Positions 48,101 through 63,110 of a stretch of DNA of 64,000 nt are shown here, one piece after another. A program made the translations under genes and the position numbers. Origin of the DNA: Takakia lepidozioides (Eukaryota > Plantae > Bryophyta); assembly GCA_030704615.1 (NCBI GenBank), contig CM060731.1, positions 70,370,001-70,434,000 of the forward strand, read 5' to 3'. Below the pieces are notes generated by a model. The model worked only from the letters and a program-made list of their open reading frames with translations, did not search any database and had not been told where the DNA came from. The stretch's first letter is position 1, and every line of letters begins with the position of its first letter.

Positions 48101-51100
48101 TCCGGCGTGTGGAAAGCGCTGCCATAAGATCCCCAACCTTGCAGTGCAGTAAAGCTGCCACTACTTCCACCGCTGATCAAAGAACCACCTCATGCCAGTC
48201 AGACTCCTATATAGAACATGATAAGCCAAACATACATTGACTTTCCTGTGGAATGTACCACAACAAATCATTCCTCTGAATGTAAATGCTGGCTCAATGG
48301 AAGTGTTGATCCTATTTCACGCTTCAGAAGGCATCCATATGTACCAAGTCAAGAAGCATATAAGGAATTGTGAGGCCATCAGCTCTATGGTGCGCAACCT
48401 TTAGACTAGAATCTCACATCTGTTAGTACGTAGATTGGGAAGATACATTGTTTAGAATGTTTAACTTGCAGAATAATTCCGAACAGAGACAAGTGTGAAG
48501 CACTTTACCCTCATTGTCATCAACAGTCACATAATTGTCAGGTTCCACAACACTGAAGGTGATGTTCCCAAGCCAAAGCACAGCTGCGAGCATCTCAAAA
48601 GCCGCCTGCTGGTCCTCCTTGCTGATTTGCACCACATTCATGGCGCTCTGCATCACCAGTTACGCACAAGCAGAACTGTTTTCTTTGAATAACGTACCGA
48701 ATAAGTAATGCAGATAAATCTTTCAGACAGCACAAAAAATGCATCTATTGAAGATTATTAGTTCACAAAATGAGTAGACTGCCAAGCTTCACCTATGGGG
48801 TCCGGTCGGCATACGGATCCGAACACCCTGACCCTTTTGTGTCGGGATGTGGGAGGCCTTCCCCACATTTCTTTTTAAACCTGCATGGAAGCTCTGACTA
48901 AAAGGCCATTTGTGGCTTTACTGTGGATGCTGATATGTAGGATTACAAAGGAGACATTTCGGCAACCACATCAAACAGGCTACAGAGATCTTCAAGCGCA
49001 CTACCACTGTAGCATTTCCAGTTCCTGTAGATTGACAAATCAATCTTATAGAAAGGCATTGGACCAACCATCATCGCACGAAACTGCTCAGCATCATCAA
49101 CATTAACAATGGTCATACAGCTGCTTTGATTCAAATAGCGATACTCCTGAGCAGGTCTTAGCTTCGCATGTTCTGCAGTATTCATAGAAAAATCCATCAG
49201 GAAACTGTCAAACAACACCTCGCCCCTTCAGGTCTTTCAACTCAATATTCCTTGGACCTTTCTGATGTGAACTTTAAGCACATAACTGAGTTAAAGTAGT
49301 TCTTCCATGCAAGTTTCAGTGAATCCAGGACATCACCCAGTGTGCAAAGATACCATAAAGGATGACCTACCTCGCAAACCAATATCAGCCCCAGCACATA
49401 GCTGGTAAAAAACATGATAAGATCGTTCACCCTCCGCCTGTTGTACAACTCGTGACTGTTTCAGGCAAGATCAAAGCCACAACAAGGTGAGCAAATAAAC
49501 TAAGATTGATACATCAACATACATTGATAACACTGAGCATAAACAGACTTGAACAAATGATAATCACTCTACCTAGCAGCCTTCACCATCAATAAAACCT
49601 GGTGCATATGGAAGGTGAGTTGAATATCACAAACAAGTGACTGTAAAGTCCCCTTAGCCAAAACTAGGTCCCTTTCATCTTCAGAACCACAAAAAAGAGC
49701 AGATATGGGCCCACCAAAGCAGCGAACCTCACCTTCTCAAGTAAGTCTTCTTACACCATACAGCCACAGGTCCAGGGTAAAATAACTGCAAAAAGTTAGA
49801 TTTGTAGAAATTGGGCAGAACAAGAAACCTAATCAAGGGAAAATAACCTCAAATAGCTCACATAGACAACGGCCTCCAAATCCAATGCTAGCTAGCTACC
49901 AGAAAAGCAACAAAAAGAGATTGGCATGCACAGGACTTACAAGTTTGAATCTTCGCCCCACAGATCTTTCCAGCCCTATCAAAATGAATGTCAATCAACT
50001 TCCCCTGTCCATCAACACTGAGTCAGCTCCAAGGTTTTAAGTGAAAAAAATACCTTCAGCTTGTAAAAGTTCAGATCTCGAGGTGTACCACACCCTATTC
50101 ACAACCAGATGCAGGTTGACAACCACTGTTGAGTATAACTGTGAAAAATCCTTGATAACTTCCCATAGTGCAACCATGAAGCTAACTTTGAAGATCACTA
50201 GTGAAAGGGTTCTGGCATTCACAACCCAGAAAGGATTTCGACATATTCACACCCCAGAAGGATTTCATGAGGAAGAAGGCCAAAAAATCCAAAAAAGATG
50301 CCCGGGGAAAACAGGTATCATCAGTTATCTGGCCCTCATCTTCCAGAAAGAGTTAGATAACTTACAAAGCGACTGGAGTTATCATTCCTGAGTGTTTTGG
50401 CATTGCCAAATGCTTCGAGGATTGGATTTGTCTGTAAGATTTCATCCTCTAGTCCACCCCCACCACCAAGGGCTGCCAGGTACTGCATTGCAATCTTGGC
50501 TGTTTCTGTTTTCCCTGCACCACTCTCACCACTGAAAAGGAAAAAATGTAGAAGTCTATTAGCACACATGGAGAAACACAATACCAGTAACCCCCTTTTA
50601 CACACATCCAGCACTAGACATGTGAAGCTATCAAGACATCTCCTTGATATTTCACAAACAGACGAGCAAGTCATAAAGGTCAACCTCCTGCATATCACAC
50701 TAATTCATCGAATTAAGCAACCTCGGTCCACAAAAGTTGAAAATGATCAGCAACAAAGGGAAAAGACACATGCATAAGACAAGTCTGCAAACAAGTACCT
50801 GATGATGATAGACTGGTTGACTCCATCTGCACAAATCAAAGCGAGGTTGGTCCTATGAAAACAAACATCTCTTTCTCTAGGTTCTGGAAGGCCATCCTAC
50901 TGCTATTTTGTGTAAAGACCATAGCCCCTGCATTACAGTGAAGCATGCATGGGCTACAATTCCTCCATTACAACATGTGGTGCCACATACAAGCGCTCTA
51001 CTACACATAGTCTTCAAAATCAACTTAACCACATGATAATAGAGACAAGAAGGAAAAGAAGAACCCACCTCTAACCATTGCTCCAAAGGCACTGTCAGCT

Positions 51101-53465
51101 GTCATATACACATGTGGGTGCAAACCCTGCCCGATCCTTTTCCGGTATGCTTCAACAAATTCAGGAGTGTAAATTGGGACCTTCTTGAAAGGATTAACCG
51201 CTATCAAGACAGGGCCTGCTCTTGTCTGCATCACATGATTAAAGTTCCAACTATATAAACAGCCAACAATCCACAAGTACTGTGCCATGACACAACAGAC
51301 TGCCGTTCCACAATACCTATTCTCTATTACCAAGAGGGTCTATGTCCACAAGGCTACAGCAAACATCGTCTTATGAGAACATCTACTACCGTAAACCAAG
51401 TAGACAGGAAATTGCTTGGAGTCAATCAACACTCTCTCAACCCTTATTGTGAAGACCAGAAAGGAAAAAAGTTGATGTTCTTGAATAATAGTAGCTAGAT
51501 AAACTTACAACTTGAACGACACTTCATACAAACAAACATGTCAAAAGTAAGACGTACTACAGAGACACTGGCCCTCACATAAATAGTGTCTTGTGCATAT
51601 CGATAATCAAGATTGTGAAGAACTGCAGGTTCATTCAGGTAGCTGAGCTTTGTGAGGTCATCCACTCCCTCAAGGATGTCAGGATTTGCTGGTTGTATAT
51701 TCCCAGCAGTTGCCTTGATGACCTGCACACAATTCAAGTTAGAATCATTTATTTTATAAACCCCAAATGATTGCAATGTCACCCAACATGGTCCTAGTCA
51801 CAGAAACATGCATGAACCATGTATAATCTTCTCTTACTTGACCACCGGCAATGCGAATGACAGGCTCTCCATCTCCAACAGAGAGGATGACTCCGGAGGT
51901 CCATTTGTTTTCACTTGTCAAGCACCAAACACGAGAGTTCTGCAGAAAACAATGTCTTAGATCTCCCCTCAACAAACTCCCCAAATTGAATCAATCCTTC
52001 AAGCTCAAGACTACGAGAACACTTCAGGTGTAACTTCCACTTGGAAAAATAAAAAACAGAATCTAGTCATATCCTCAAAGTTGCTTAGGTGAGATAGAAT
52101 CTCAAGCCTGTTCACAAAGGAAATGAAGTCCAGCAGGACGCAATTCACACCTCTATCCCTCTCCATCTGGATTTTCTGGGGATGGTTAGTGCATGTGATT
52201 CAGGGGAGGATAACTAAGCTCCACATGGAAAGCTACTCAGAGGTAATAGCCTTGAAGCTCGGACCAAACTCACCTTAATTTTCATCAACCTATAGTCAAT
52301 TACAAGACTAGGGAACCATCAAAAAGGGCCCTCCCATACTGTGGACTGCAAAGTTACAATGCCTATTTTGTACATTATGTCATCAAGCTGAAAAAAGGGT
52401 ACCCATATGTCCGATGTGTGTGTATGATGGTGAGTATGTTGAACAATTTCTGAGGCAAGGTAATGGTTACACTTCGGGACAAGAGGTCCCTTTGGGAAAC
52501 ATCTGTCAGTGCACCTTTTCACTCAACAATGTTAGAGCCGTGACCCTCCTAGATCTGAAATGCAGGGGTGACTCTCTCTCTCTCCCTATCCCTCTATACA
52601 CAGACAGCCAGATAGGCATGTGTTAGAACATACACTGTCTTATTACTTTCCTATATTTTTATACCTTCAATAGGTAACTTGTGGAACCAGCAGGGAGTAG
52701 TATATGAGAGCATTGTCTTCTGAGAAGTATGAGATAGACGAGCACCTTTTTCAGGCCATATGTGCCATCATCCCTCCACTTCCTGATATCCATAGCAGGA
52801 GAAGTGACAAGGGCTGGCTTTTGGTGTGGAGCGTGGAAACTGAAACTTGAATTCTCAGGCTCATGTAAATGCATCCCAGAAGATTTGCTCCTTTCTAATT
52901 GATCAGGGCCATCTACATTGGTGCAATCTATGTTTCTCTCTGTAGCATTTGTGTCAACAGCAGAAATGATTGTTGGGGAGCCAGAAAAATCAGAACTGCT
53001 TGTTTCACTTCCAATTCTAGCAGTATCCATTCGGTCAGCAGGAGAGACGTGGTAATCACCAAAAGCAACAGGGCTACTACTGCTTGTTGAGGTAGGCTCA
53101 TCGCGTCCCAGAAACTCTATGTCGGAGTTGGAGAAATTTTGAACAGCATCAGCAGATGAACCATCAGCACTTGTGGTCAGGCCTTCAACAGTAGTAGGGA
53201 GTCTGGGAGGTGTAGTAGAGTTCTGTACAGGCAGACTGAAGTTTTCCCTGGACAAAGAGACTCCATCATCGCTAGGCAACGCCAGACTATCCATAGTTGC
53301 ACCCAGAAACTTTCTGGCGCGCACAGCTGAGGGCAAACGAGCTCTGGAGGTTGGCCTTTGTGGTAGGGCAGGTGGCAAGTCCCTCTGCTTGTCATCCACT
53401 GCTCTGATGGAGTCTAGCATTTCCTCTAAGGTGCTCCGAGGAGCCAAGCTTCTAGTCTGATACAT
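42173..53465 (-). CDS. Myosin class VIII (multi-exon)
   Basis: N-terminal RSTLEEML...[17 protein letters not shown]3-like RVWC, P-loop [36 protein letters not shown] motifs, and the class-VIII tail [22 protein letters not shown]...[21 protein letters not shown]. Confidence 0.97.
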
Positions 53466-56400
53466 CCTTGGTAATTGCGGCAGTCTCCCAGTTTCCTCCA
53501 AAATTCGATGCCTTCAAGTCGCTACTCTCATGTCTCGGTCATATCCATCTCAAAGAGCAATCTTTTCTTCGATGTAAGACCACATTGGTTGACAATACTG
53601 GACATGCCAAGCTCGAATAGTTCAGACAATGTAGGATCCCAAACGATACAAACCGCTGTGTCGGGCATTACCCAGCTTTTTACGACTGCCATTGCGTGTG
53701 AGGCAGCCACAAGTTTCTGTGAAATTTGGGATCCTGTGACTGGCCAGGTCCAGCCAAGCCATGCTGGCCCATATGCTGCACACCAAACAAGCTCACATGT
53801 CAATCCCGTAATGCTGAGTTCATCACAACCAGGGTGTACATCCCTACCAAATCCCATCGATGCTTTCACAACCTTCAATTTGAAGCGGAAAAAATAGTAG
53901 ACTGCTCCTCCACGCAAGATGTGGGGCATACAAGCTGCACAAACCAACTTGCAGAGGCATCTCATCCAATCGCGGATCACACCCGCAACAATAAGTACAA
54001 ATACCCACCTGATCGCTTGATGAGATGCGTGAATGCGTTTAGGCAAGCTCACAAGGGGAAAAAATTATACTTAGGTTACAAGCATCTCTCTTCCGGATAC
54101 CATATACTCCTATAAGCTGCAAGGAATTGGGGGATACATACAACTGCAAAAGAGACGAATCTGTCTGAGATAATGTCCCAGAAAGAAAGGACGGACGATC
54201 GCCCACCCAAAGAAGCAGACCAAAACGGAATCTTACCTGCATCGTCCGAGCCTTGCGACCCATTTCACAGCTCTGCTGCTGTAATCTACCCTAGCTCATG
54301 TCTCTCGCCGTACACAGCTCCCTGCCACAGCCGATTAGCAAGCCTGGGCCTTGCCCACTATTTTGTGGCTAGGTAGTAACCCCACCAGTGCCTTGCAGCA
54401 CCTACAAGTCTGGGAAGCGGGGTGAGCGGCAGCAGCAGGCAGATGCGAGGGAGGGAGACGGCAAAAGGCAGTAGCAGCCAGGCGCGCGCCAAAGGCATGA
54501 GCTGCACCTCTGCCATTGCAGGCCCCCCTTTCACCCAACCCCCCCCATGCTCTTCCTATGCACATCATACCCACCCCCATCACTGCATCCTCCCATCCCT
54601 CTCTTCATCCTTCCAAAAGCAGAGCTTTTTTTTGCCTTTGTGTGTTCTGTTGCTGATCCCTGAACTGATGTGGGGTGCCTGCCAAATATTATGTTTCTCC
54701 CCGTTTCAACCCAATGTCTAACAGGGGCCCCACATGGATGTTTTTTCCCTGTTGGGTTTTTCTTGGTGCCTTGTCAGATGCTGGTCAAGAAAGGGCGGCA
54801 AATGTGCTTGAAAGAAAGGGAAGTAAAAGTACCCAATGATGGACATTGGGTTGAGGAGGAGGGAGGCACAAATGTACCTACACACACACATGAGAGGAAG
54901 TTCAAACGGCTGCCATTCAAACGGAAGGGTATTGATGGTGGTGTCCTCCACACTCTGTAACGTAGCCTACTCACATAAGCGGCTCTACTTACAACTCCCC
55001 AATGCTATGTAGGATTGCCTAGTATGGCCTCATCTTTGCAACAGTGTTTCTATATACTTCCAAATGAAAGGAAATACCCATGTCTGGTTACTGGTATTGC
55101 CCTCCTTCAGGCGATGCTATGTTCAAATCTTGGAAACCCACATTGTGTCCCTCTCTCTTGCTGTATTCTTGTGTATTGTGGGCTCCAGCCAGAGAAAAAT
55201 TAATGGATACCTAGTGATGATAAGCATAAGTACTGTTCTGCTCCAGGTAGAAGCTGACCCACTGACTTGGAATGCTAAAATCAGATGGTCTTGTCGTGTC
55301 ACAATGTGTCATGTTGTTTTGAGAGAAAGGGACTGAGCATTGAATTGTAATAGACATGGTTTGTGTGGGAATGGGGTGACAGGAAGTCCACCACATTGCT
55401 AATTGGAGGTACAGCAAACATTCGTCTCATCAATACAGTGGGTCGTGATCAATGCTTTCATAGAGATGGACAATCGGTACAACATTGAAGCCTGGATTGA
55501 TGGATCCACCACCAACTTGACAGTCAAGCAGATGCTACAAGGCAAGACTCCAAACTTTCAAATTCTGCCAAAAAAAGTATGTATGTACACATGGCCCCTG
55601 TTCCACAAACAGGGGCTGATTGTATGGTAATATATTCGAAATGGTTTGCAGAGTTCTCCATAGAAAAAGCAGACCACCGAACAGGGAGTCGCAAGGTGTC
55701 AGAGATGAGTTTGAAAAGGCCAGTGAGGTGGGCAGTGAGTGGGAAGAGAAGGGAAGGTAGCCGTTGAGGTGCGGCCAGCGTGGCTCCGTGTTGAAAGGGT
55801 CGTGGCTCCACGCTCGCACGCACGCGGCCGCTGGGCATTGCACAGCCTGCAAGAGAGCCGTTTCTCTTTCCTTACAAATGCATCCAAGTCCATAGAGTAC
55901 CCATATTTATGCTGTTGATTATGCTGAAATCGTTGATGTGGAAGGGCACTCTTGCTTGTCTCCTGAGATTTGGAGAGATGGGCGAGGAAGAGGCATTGAA
56001 ATTGTGGTGCGCATTGGCAGATTTGAATCTCGCCAAGTCAGAAACGTCATAGTTGGAACAGACGAAGAGGAAAGTGTCTTGTGATACGTGAGCAAACTGA
56101 GATAGGCCGCAATATGTGAGCCTTATTATGCTTGGACCCGTGTAGATCATTGTCCTGTGGCACTGTCTCAGGAGCCTCTTGTGCACCCACTTCTAAAGAC
56201 AATGTGGGATGTTTTAGACGTCCTCCTCATCGTTGAGCCTGCAGCATATAGAATCTGAAAATCTCCACTCGTTTTCTTTCATTTCCTGTTGCTCGTTATC
56301 CACCCTTACTGTATGTAATGTCATTCTCGTGTCTGAACTCCAGCTTGCCCATATGTTCAGACGAAAGCTGCACTATGTAATCCTGTCAGTGCCTCCGTTT

Positions 56401-57949
56401 GCAGTTTTGTCTATTTCTGCTGAATTGAGAGAATTAGTGAAATTCAGGATGTGGGCCTGCCAGATGCGTGCATGTGCAAGATTAGGCTGCCCCTCTCAGC
56501 ATAAGGGAGGTGGAAACTGGACACCTAATCGGCTAAAGCCAGCCACGACTCTTACATGCTGCAATTTTTTTTTAAGACTTATGCTACCTAGTATCTGGGA
56601 GTTGCAGGTCAGTGTGGCCAAGTTCACAAGTCAAGGCTATAGGCGCTTGCGTGGACATTCTCTGGGGCCATTTAAAATGGCACCGTGTTGAGTTCTATGT
56701 TATAGCAAGAGACGTCTCGTCACACGAATTATCTTTCTGTTTCAATTGCAGCCTAGATGAGGCACAAACTGCATCTTCAGTGAGCGTGCCTTGGTGAAAT
56801 ATTTAGACCGGTTAACTGCTCTTGACGATAACAAGATCATGACTTTAGAGGCAATCTTCTCTCTGGACAAGCTTCGAGGTATATCCTCCATCAGACTCGT
56901 CAGAGCATTCTCAGAGCATTCTGAGTCTGATAAACGAGACTTCCTTGGGCTTTATGCAGGGGAGTGCTTTGCTGGCCACGTGCAAACCTTCGGCACACTG
57001 TGCAAAGTGTCCGAGTCAGTGCCATGATTGCATACACGACATCGTGCAGTTGTATGTCCTTCTGCAACTATGTTCAACACTATGGCTTGCACCAACACAA
57101 AAATGGGTTGCTTTCTTGCAGACAACCCCACCCTACTTTCTTTCCATGGCCTTCAACATCAGCTCATTACCACCTCCTTGGAGTGAATTCATCATATCCC
57201 AAAAAAAATGCTCTAGAAGCAATTATGCTTGCCAGAGACATGACACATTGAATTAGTGCAAGTCTGTAACTAAACTTTCCAAAAGATGTAGAAGAAGTCC
57301 AGAACACTTTCCAATCTAGTCTTCAACTTCAACCTACACAGGTTGCCTTCCATACATCCGCAATCCTGTACTAAATGTCAGTATACCACACAGCGGACAA
57401 AACAGCACATATTCCATGAACTAAGTATGAAAATTGATGTTGAAGCCTAATGTGTACAAACTCTTGCTGATTCTCTGAGCAATGCATGCCCTGCTAGGAC
57501 ATTGCAGAACCCATCCATAGAAGAGCCTCAATCAAGTTACAGATGGACAGCGAGTTGGGAATGGCACTTGAAATGCCAGAGAGAGGGAAGACCAATTGCT
57601 GCTATACGGCCCCTTGTGAAGGAATCAGGGACACCCCTAAGTCTGTGTGGTTGGTGTTGTACAACTCAATGTTCACTCCATTACTGCTCTCCAGTTGGCA
57701 CCAGCAGAACTTGACAACTTGAATAGACGATCCCAACTTCGACCAGCTAAAGAGTCGCCATTTGAAATTGCCAGAATTTCTGCAACCATATTCCTCTTGC
57801 TGAAAGCAGCACTTGTCCATTAACAACTACACATATTTGACACGGGTTATATTACAAAATGTGTGACTAATCTAATACTGTCAAAAATCGAGTTCCAATT
57901 GGCCAATGTTTATTCCTGCACCACTGTGGACAGCAGGCCGCTCCCACTC

Positions 57950-60900
57950 CTACAGCGGCCATCCTTTGAGTCTGGCTTGATGCCGCTCAAGCTTAGCTTC
58001 GTACAGCTTTGCCTTCATACCAACGTCCACAGTACCTTTGGGCCGCTCCACATAGGCTTTTATGCCCCTTGTGATATGGGGGTTCTCAGAACCAGTCAAG
58101 CTCCAGGAGCCTTGCTGAGGCACAGAACCAGAATCAATCTGTGGCTGCGCCTGAAAGGAGCCTAGCTCATGCATGCCCATGCTGTGCCCCTTTTCTGGCA
58201 AGGTGTTGGTACAGGTATCTTCTGTGGCATCAACCCTCCAATCAATCTTCCCTGCTTCTCTCTCCCTTCTTGACTCTGCTCCCTGTGTAATCCAGCCAGC
58301 AAATATCATTCATGCATGCCTGACATTACTAAGAAATAGAAAGCTAGTCTACTCGCAAGTTACAATGAGAGCCCCTCACTCACTGCTGCTTATAGTAGAG
58401 CCACTCATCCAACAATTTGCTTTCCACCAGGAGTGCTGTCACCAGCACCCACCTGTCCATGGCCATCTAAGCTGTTCAGCACGACCACACACCACCATGA
58501 GAGCATCACAGCCTTATACTTGCCTCACTTGCAGGCTTTGAGGATAACTTCAAGTTCACAAGAAAGATATTCGGGTGACCACTAGTGCATCGTTGACCTT
58601 TCCAGCTTTTACAGTAACTGCTGAATATAAGGGAAGTGTTTCAAGAAAGGCCCCTAAACTAACACGAGTAAGTAACAAGCCAGCTGCCATTTCACCCTGG
58701 CCCATTAGATTTGTGCTTGATCAGATAGTCCAGGGGTTATTCTGGCAATGTTAGCACCACGTAGGTTCATATGTTCAAGTGGACATACACCTATGTAGGA
58801 GGTTTCCCTATGAAGTCTACCTAGCTACCGAGGGAGGTCCCAGGTAAGCTGGTCAATCCTTAGTGTGTGACAAGACCTGCGGGGAGACTGTGATGTGAGC
58901 AACTGGGGATCGGCAGTAAGCTCTAAGTTTAAGGTACCTTTGACGAAACAGGATTCAAGGGTTTCAATAACTGTGCAACGCTGGCCTACCAACAAATAGA
59001 CACCCTTGAGTCACACATCTCAATAAAAAGTCAGAAGCTGATCTGGAAGCTACTGGCCTGCCTTTGCCAGAGCTGGCTATATTCCAAATTAGTAATCAAA
59101 TACAAAGATTGCTTCTTCCAACAATGAATGCCAGCTGACAAGCCAGGCATATTCAGTTGCAGTCACTGTGTGATGAGCAGGTCTCAAAGCTGCTTGCAGT
59201 CTAGGCACAGTTTCAAGACCAGTGGAAAGGCATATGAAATGAATCCTTGATGCCTGATGAGCATTCACAGTAGTGCCTTTCCTTGACATACTCCTGCCAC
59301 CAATCACAAAGACATTGAAGCTGTCCAAGATGATGATGGTAGAAGTTGGGTTCTTGTGAAGTATGACCTGCTATAACGACAGAAATCGACCAAGTCAATG
59401 AGCAGTAAGTCTGCACTGCAGTTCTACAGAAGGAGCTTATTTTGTCATTGATTTCATTGATCTGGTTCACCCAGGCAGCTTCTATTGCCTCTCCTCTCCA
59501 TGTTCAAGTGAAGGAGATACTAAGGAGCAGAGAAGTCGCCTGAACTCCTTAACAAATAGCTCTCCCTTTGCATACACCTTCACAATTCTATATGCTGTTC
59601 CATGATACCTCCAAGAATTGACCCTCTTAAGATTCTGAACTTGGAAAAAGTGGTGTTCTGCGAATGAGACCCAGGATTTGTCTTCGTCGGTGAGATAATG
59701 CAGCCTTAGAAACCCAGCAGAGACATACCCTACTTGGATTGAGCCTTGGAAGAATGTGCCATATTCCGCAGAATTATCTAGCTTAGTCAAAACCACACAG
59801 AACTTTTGCGGAATAGAGAGACTGTACCTCTTCAATTTGTAGACACCCCTCCTCAAGAATTCTCTCAGGCACACTACCAACAGAGAATTCCTTATGTTTG
59901 CGCTTTCCTTCTTCACTTCCACTGTTTCGAAGGCATTGCTCCTCCTTCACATCAACTTGTTTCTCAACTTGTTTTTCAGATAGATGTGTCTCAGTCACAG
60001 AATCTGCTTGATTATAAAACTTCCTCTCTGTAACATTGCAGTGGCTGGGGCTGCTGGGTAATGCCTCCTCTGGACTGGATGCAAAGGCATAAGACCTGTC
60101 ATCTGCATCTGCTTTCCTTGTATCACCTCGTTCGTGACTCCATGCTCCGGCCCCCTGCTTTAACTCAAAGGGCTCGGCCCAGTAGTGGCTGTCAACCCTA
60201 TCCAATTCCACAGTATACAGGTCACTGTCCAAGGAGTCTGCCCCATCCAGGTCAGGAGGAGGGTAGGAAGCCATCCCACTTGCATGCATTGTATCCACCA
60301 CATGGCGCAGCACCTTTGCCTCCTGCACTACAGCACCTTCATCTGCAGCCCTGTCTCCCCGTAAGAATTTTTCCAGCTCTGCGCGCAGTGCATCCAGAGC
60401 TGCACTCTTCTCTTCCAGAGACAGCCGTGCTTCTGCCAGCTTCATCTGCACACGCTCCTCCCGCCACACCTCTGCCAGCTGCAACATCTGCCTCTCTTCT
60501 TCCACTTCTTCGCGCACTTTGTAAGATGCCCGTTTCAACTCTTCCACCTCTGCTTTGTCCTCACCGATCTCACGTGCCAACTCGTCGCAAACATCTTCCA
60601 TCAGCTCGCGTGCCTTGCGCTCACGCTCCAATTCTTGAACAGCTTTAGCAACAGCAAGGTTAGCATCCACCAGCTCGCGCGAGATCTTGCGGTTGACCAC
60701 TTCCATTCTGCGTCTGGCTTTACGCTCCTCCTCCAGTTCCTCCCTAATGTCCTGGACTGCTGTTCTTATTTTCTCCTGCTCCTGGCTTCGCCAGCTGGTC
60801 CTCTCATCAACCAGTCCTTTCAACAAGCTGTCAATTTCTTTGCGAGCTGATTTTTGAGCAAGCTCAAGTTCTTGCACCCGAGAGCGCGCATGGTCCAATT

Positions 60901-62273
60901 CTACTCGCAACATGGACGCCATTGCTGTGCTAGAATTGTGTTGTTCCTCCAAATTACGAATGCGATTCAGAACCTTGAGTAACTCATTTGAGGTTGTCAC
61001 ACAATTTGTCTCCCCTGGACATGTGTTCTTATCACATGCCATGGTGGTGGACAGTTGTCTCTGACTTTCAAGCTGCTCCAAACAAGGAGTAAATCCAAAT
61101 GAGCAAGTGCACTACGACACACTCAACAACTTACCGAGCAAGGACAATATGCTCTTGATGCTGAGGGTTATGAACTCTGCCAAGGAGAATGAGAATAAAC
61201 CAACCTAGCTCTACCACAGTCAGTCAAAGTGGAAGCCCTTATGCAGCCAGAGCTTATGTAATCCCTGAATTGACCCACGTGTCTCTCATGCGGAAAATGA
61301 TTATGATCAACCTCCTTGCTTTCTCAATTACAGAAGCAATAATTTCTACTGTGCTTTCTGCTACTCCAAGTAGTGGAGTTGGGGAAAACAGGGTACCATG
61401 TAGGAAGCGCCACCATTTCCGGCACCAGAGGGGCTCCCGGAATCGAGACGCTTATCCAGCAGCCTGTGCATATGTGACTGCATCGCTGCTGTTTGTCTGT
61501 CCCGGTGTCCATTTCTCCTACCCTTTGGTGATGCCTGCTGCAATCGCCCCCTTTCCAGTCACAACTTCAACCTCCTATTCTGAACAGCATACAAGACTTG
61601 CATTCCCTCTTATGATGCCAGAGAAATTAGTCTGTGAACAAGAAATGATTTCCCCTCTAAGTAACCAATCAAATACGTGAGAAACACAAAGATGCGATTT
61701 GGAAGTGAAGCACAAAACCGCCCCTTTCCCGTAATTCTACCAATTTACAATTCGGAGATCAGTTCCACCGAAAGCACAGATTCGGATACAGCCGCCTTGC
61801 CTCAAGGCTCTTCGCACAAAATCCCAAAAACTGGGAGCTTCTAGTTCATTGAAACAGGGAGAGACGCAGGGATGCCATACCTTCGTCAATTTCTGGTTAG
61901 CACCCAACTTGCAGCTTTTAGGGGAGGTGTAAAAACGATCGGCCTGATGCGAGCGCGGAGTGGCGGACATATCAGATATTGCTTTCACTGAGGATGACCA
62001 ACGCTGACTACAAAGGGAGGCAGGCAGTGGCAGGTCCTGCAGCTCCCACAAAGAGGCCGCCAGCTTCCGTGCGGATACTGGAGTGGGCCGCCCAGCTGCG
62101 GCATGAGCAGCAGCAGCTGCTGCTATGCCATCATACAGCTGAGTGTTGAACACCTTCCAGCTGGGCACCGGCGTACTGGGGCCTGCCCGTCTGCCTGCCA
62201 ATATCGCGCGCTTCACACGCAATCCCTGCGAGGGCCACCCTGCATCCAGCCCCCGCTTATTGCCTCCCTGCAT
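57950..62273 (-). CDS. BRANCHLESS TRICHOME/At5g41620-like coiled-coil protein (exon structure partly uncertain)
   Basis: Family motifs GPSTPVPSW, VSARKLAASLWE, ELLKVLNRI, MEDVCDELAREI, AEVWREERVQMKL and C-terminal NPHITRG...KAKLYEAKLE. Exons approximately 62273-61881, ~61540-61397, ~61075-59827, ~58284-57950. Confidence 0.82.
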
Positions 62274-63029
62274 GGTACCACCCCGCCTCGTTGCTGCATC
62301 TGCTCTCCTGCACTTCTCTCTGCCCACAACTTCCCCCTCAACCCACCATCCTGCCCCACCCGACAAGACTAGCTTGCAGCCCAGGAGACTCACCACGTCT
62401 GAAGCATCTTAAGCGTGGCATGGCTTGCACTGACAGTGAAGCTGGCTATGGCTGCCCTCTCCTCTCTCTCTCTCAACCCTGAGCAGTCTGGCACGTGTCA
62501 GAAAGCATACACGGTATTCCCGCCACTACCCTCCCTCTCTTTCTCTCTCCCTCTCCCTCTTCCTTTTTGTCCTTAATTTCCAACACGTGCTCTTTTGACT
62601 TGACCCCTGTCCTGAAGGAAGCTCAGCTTTGAAGTTTGGGCTTTCCTTCTTTCTCTCCCTCTGCTTCTCATCACACCCCAACAGAGAAGCTTGCAATCCA
62701 TGCTGAGAGTTTGGTTTGGTTGAGACTTGAGACTCTATATAAGTTTAAGGTTGGAATAGTCCTTTAGTAACTAGAAGTAGCTTCTTTCCAGGAATGTGGT
62801 CTTCCTTTTCAATGACATTCTGAATTCAGAGCATGTGACTGGAAGGGATTCCCTATCTTTTAGGCAAGTGGATGGGATGTTATCAGTCTTTTACAGGGGG
62901 GTTTCAATGACACCCGGCCCTACCGAGTTCACGGTCATCTTTACCCCCTATAAACCACAGTTAAAGTGTGTTTAACATTCAGCAAACTTTGCAGAGCCTA
63001 CTGCTACAGAGGGCTTTGAGGACCCAATG

Positions 63030-63110
63030 GAGGATTGCAGAATTGAACCCAGGATCACCCTGGTCATGCACGAGCAAGCCACGAGCACCCAACCACTGGC
63101 CTGCCTATAG
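63030..63110 (-). repeat. tRNA-derived SINE-like remnant
   Basis: The minus strand reads ...aggccagtggttgg... (A-box-like) and cctgggttcaattc (B-box-like). No convincing cloverleaf. Confidence 0.4.

Noticed and set aside
53475-54115. ORFs of 130-174 aa upstream of myosin VIII
   Set aside because: No motifs and overlapping on both strands; most likely 5' UTR or intron sequence.
55400-57260. Protein-like short ORFs (55403-55630, 56791-57027)
   Set aside because: They could be a decayed gene, but I cannot assign a family or a consistent exon chain.
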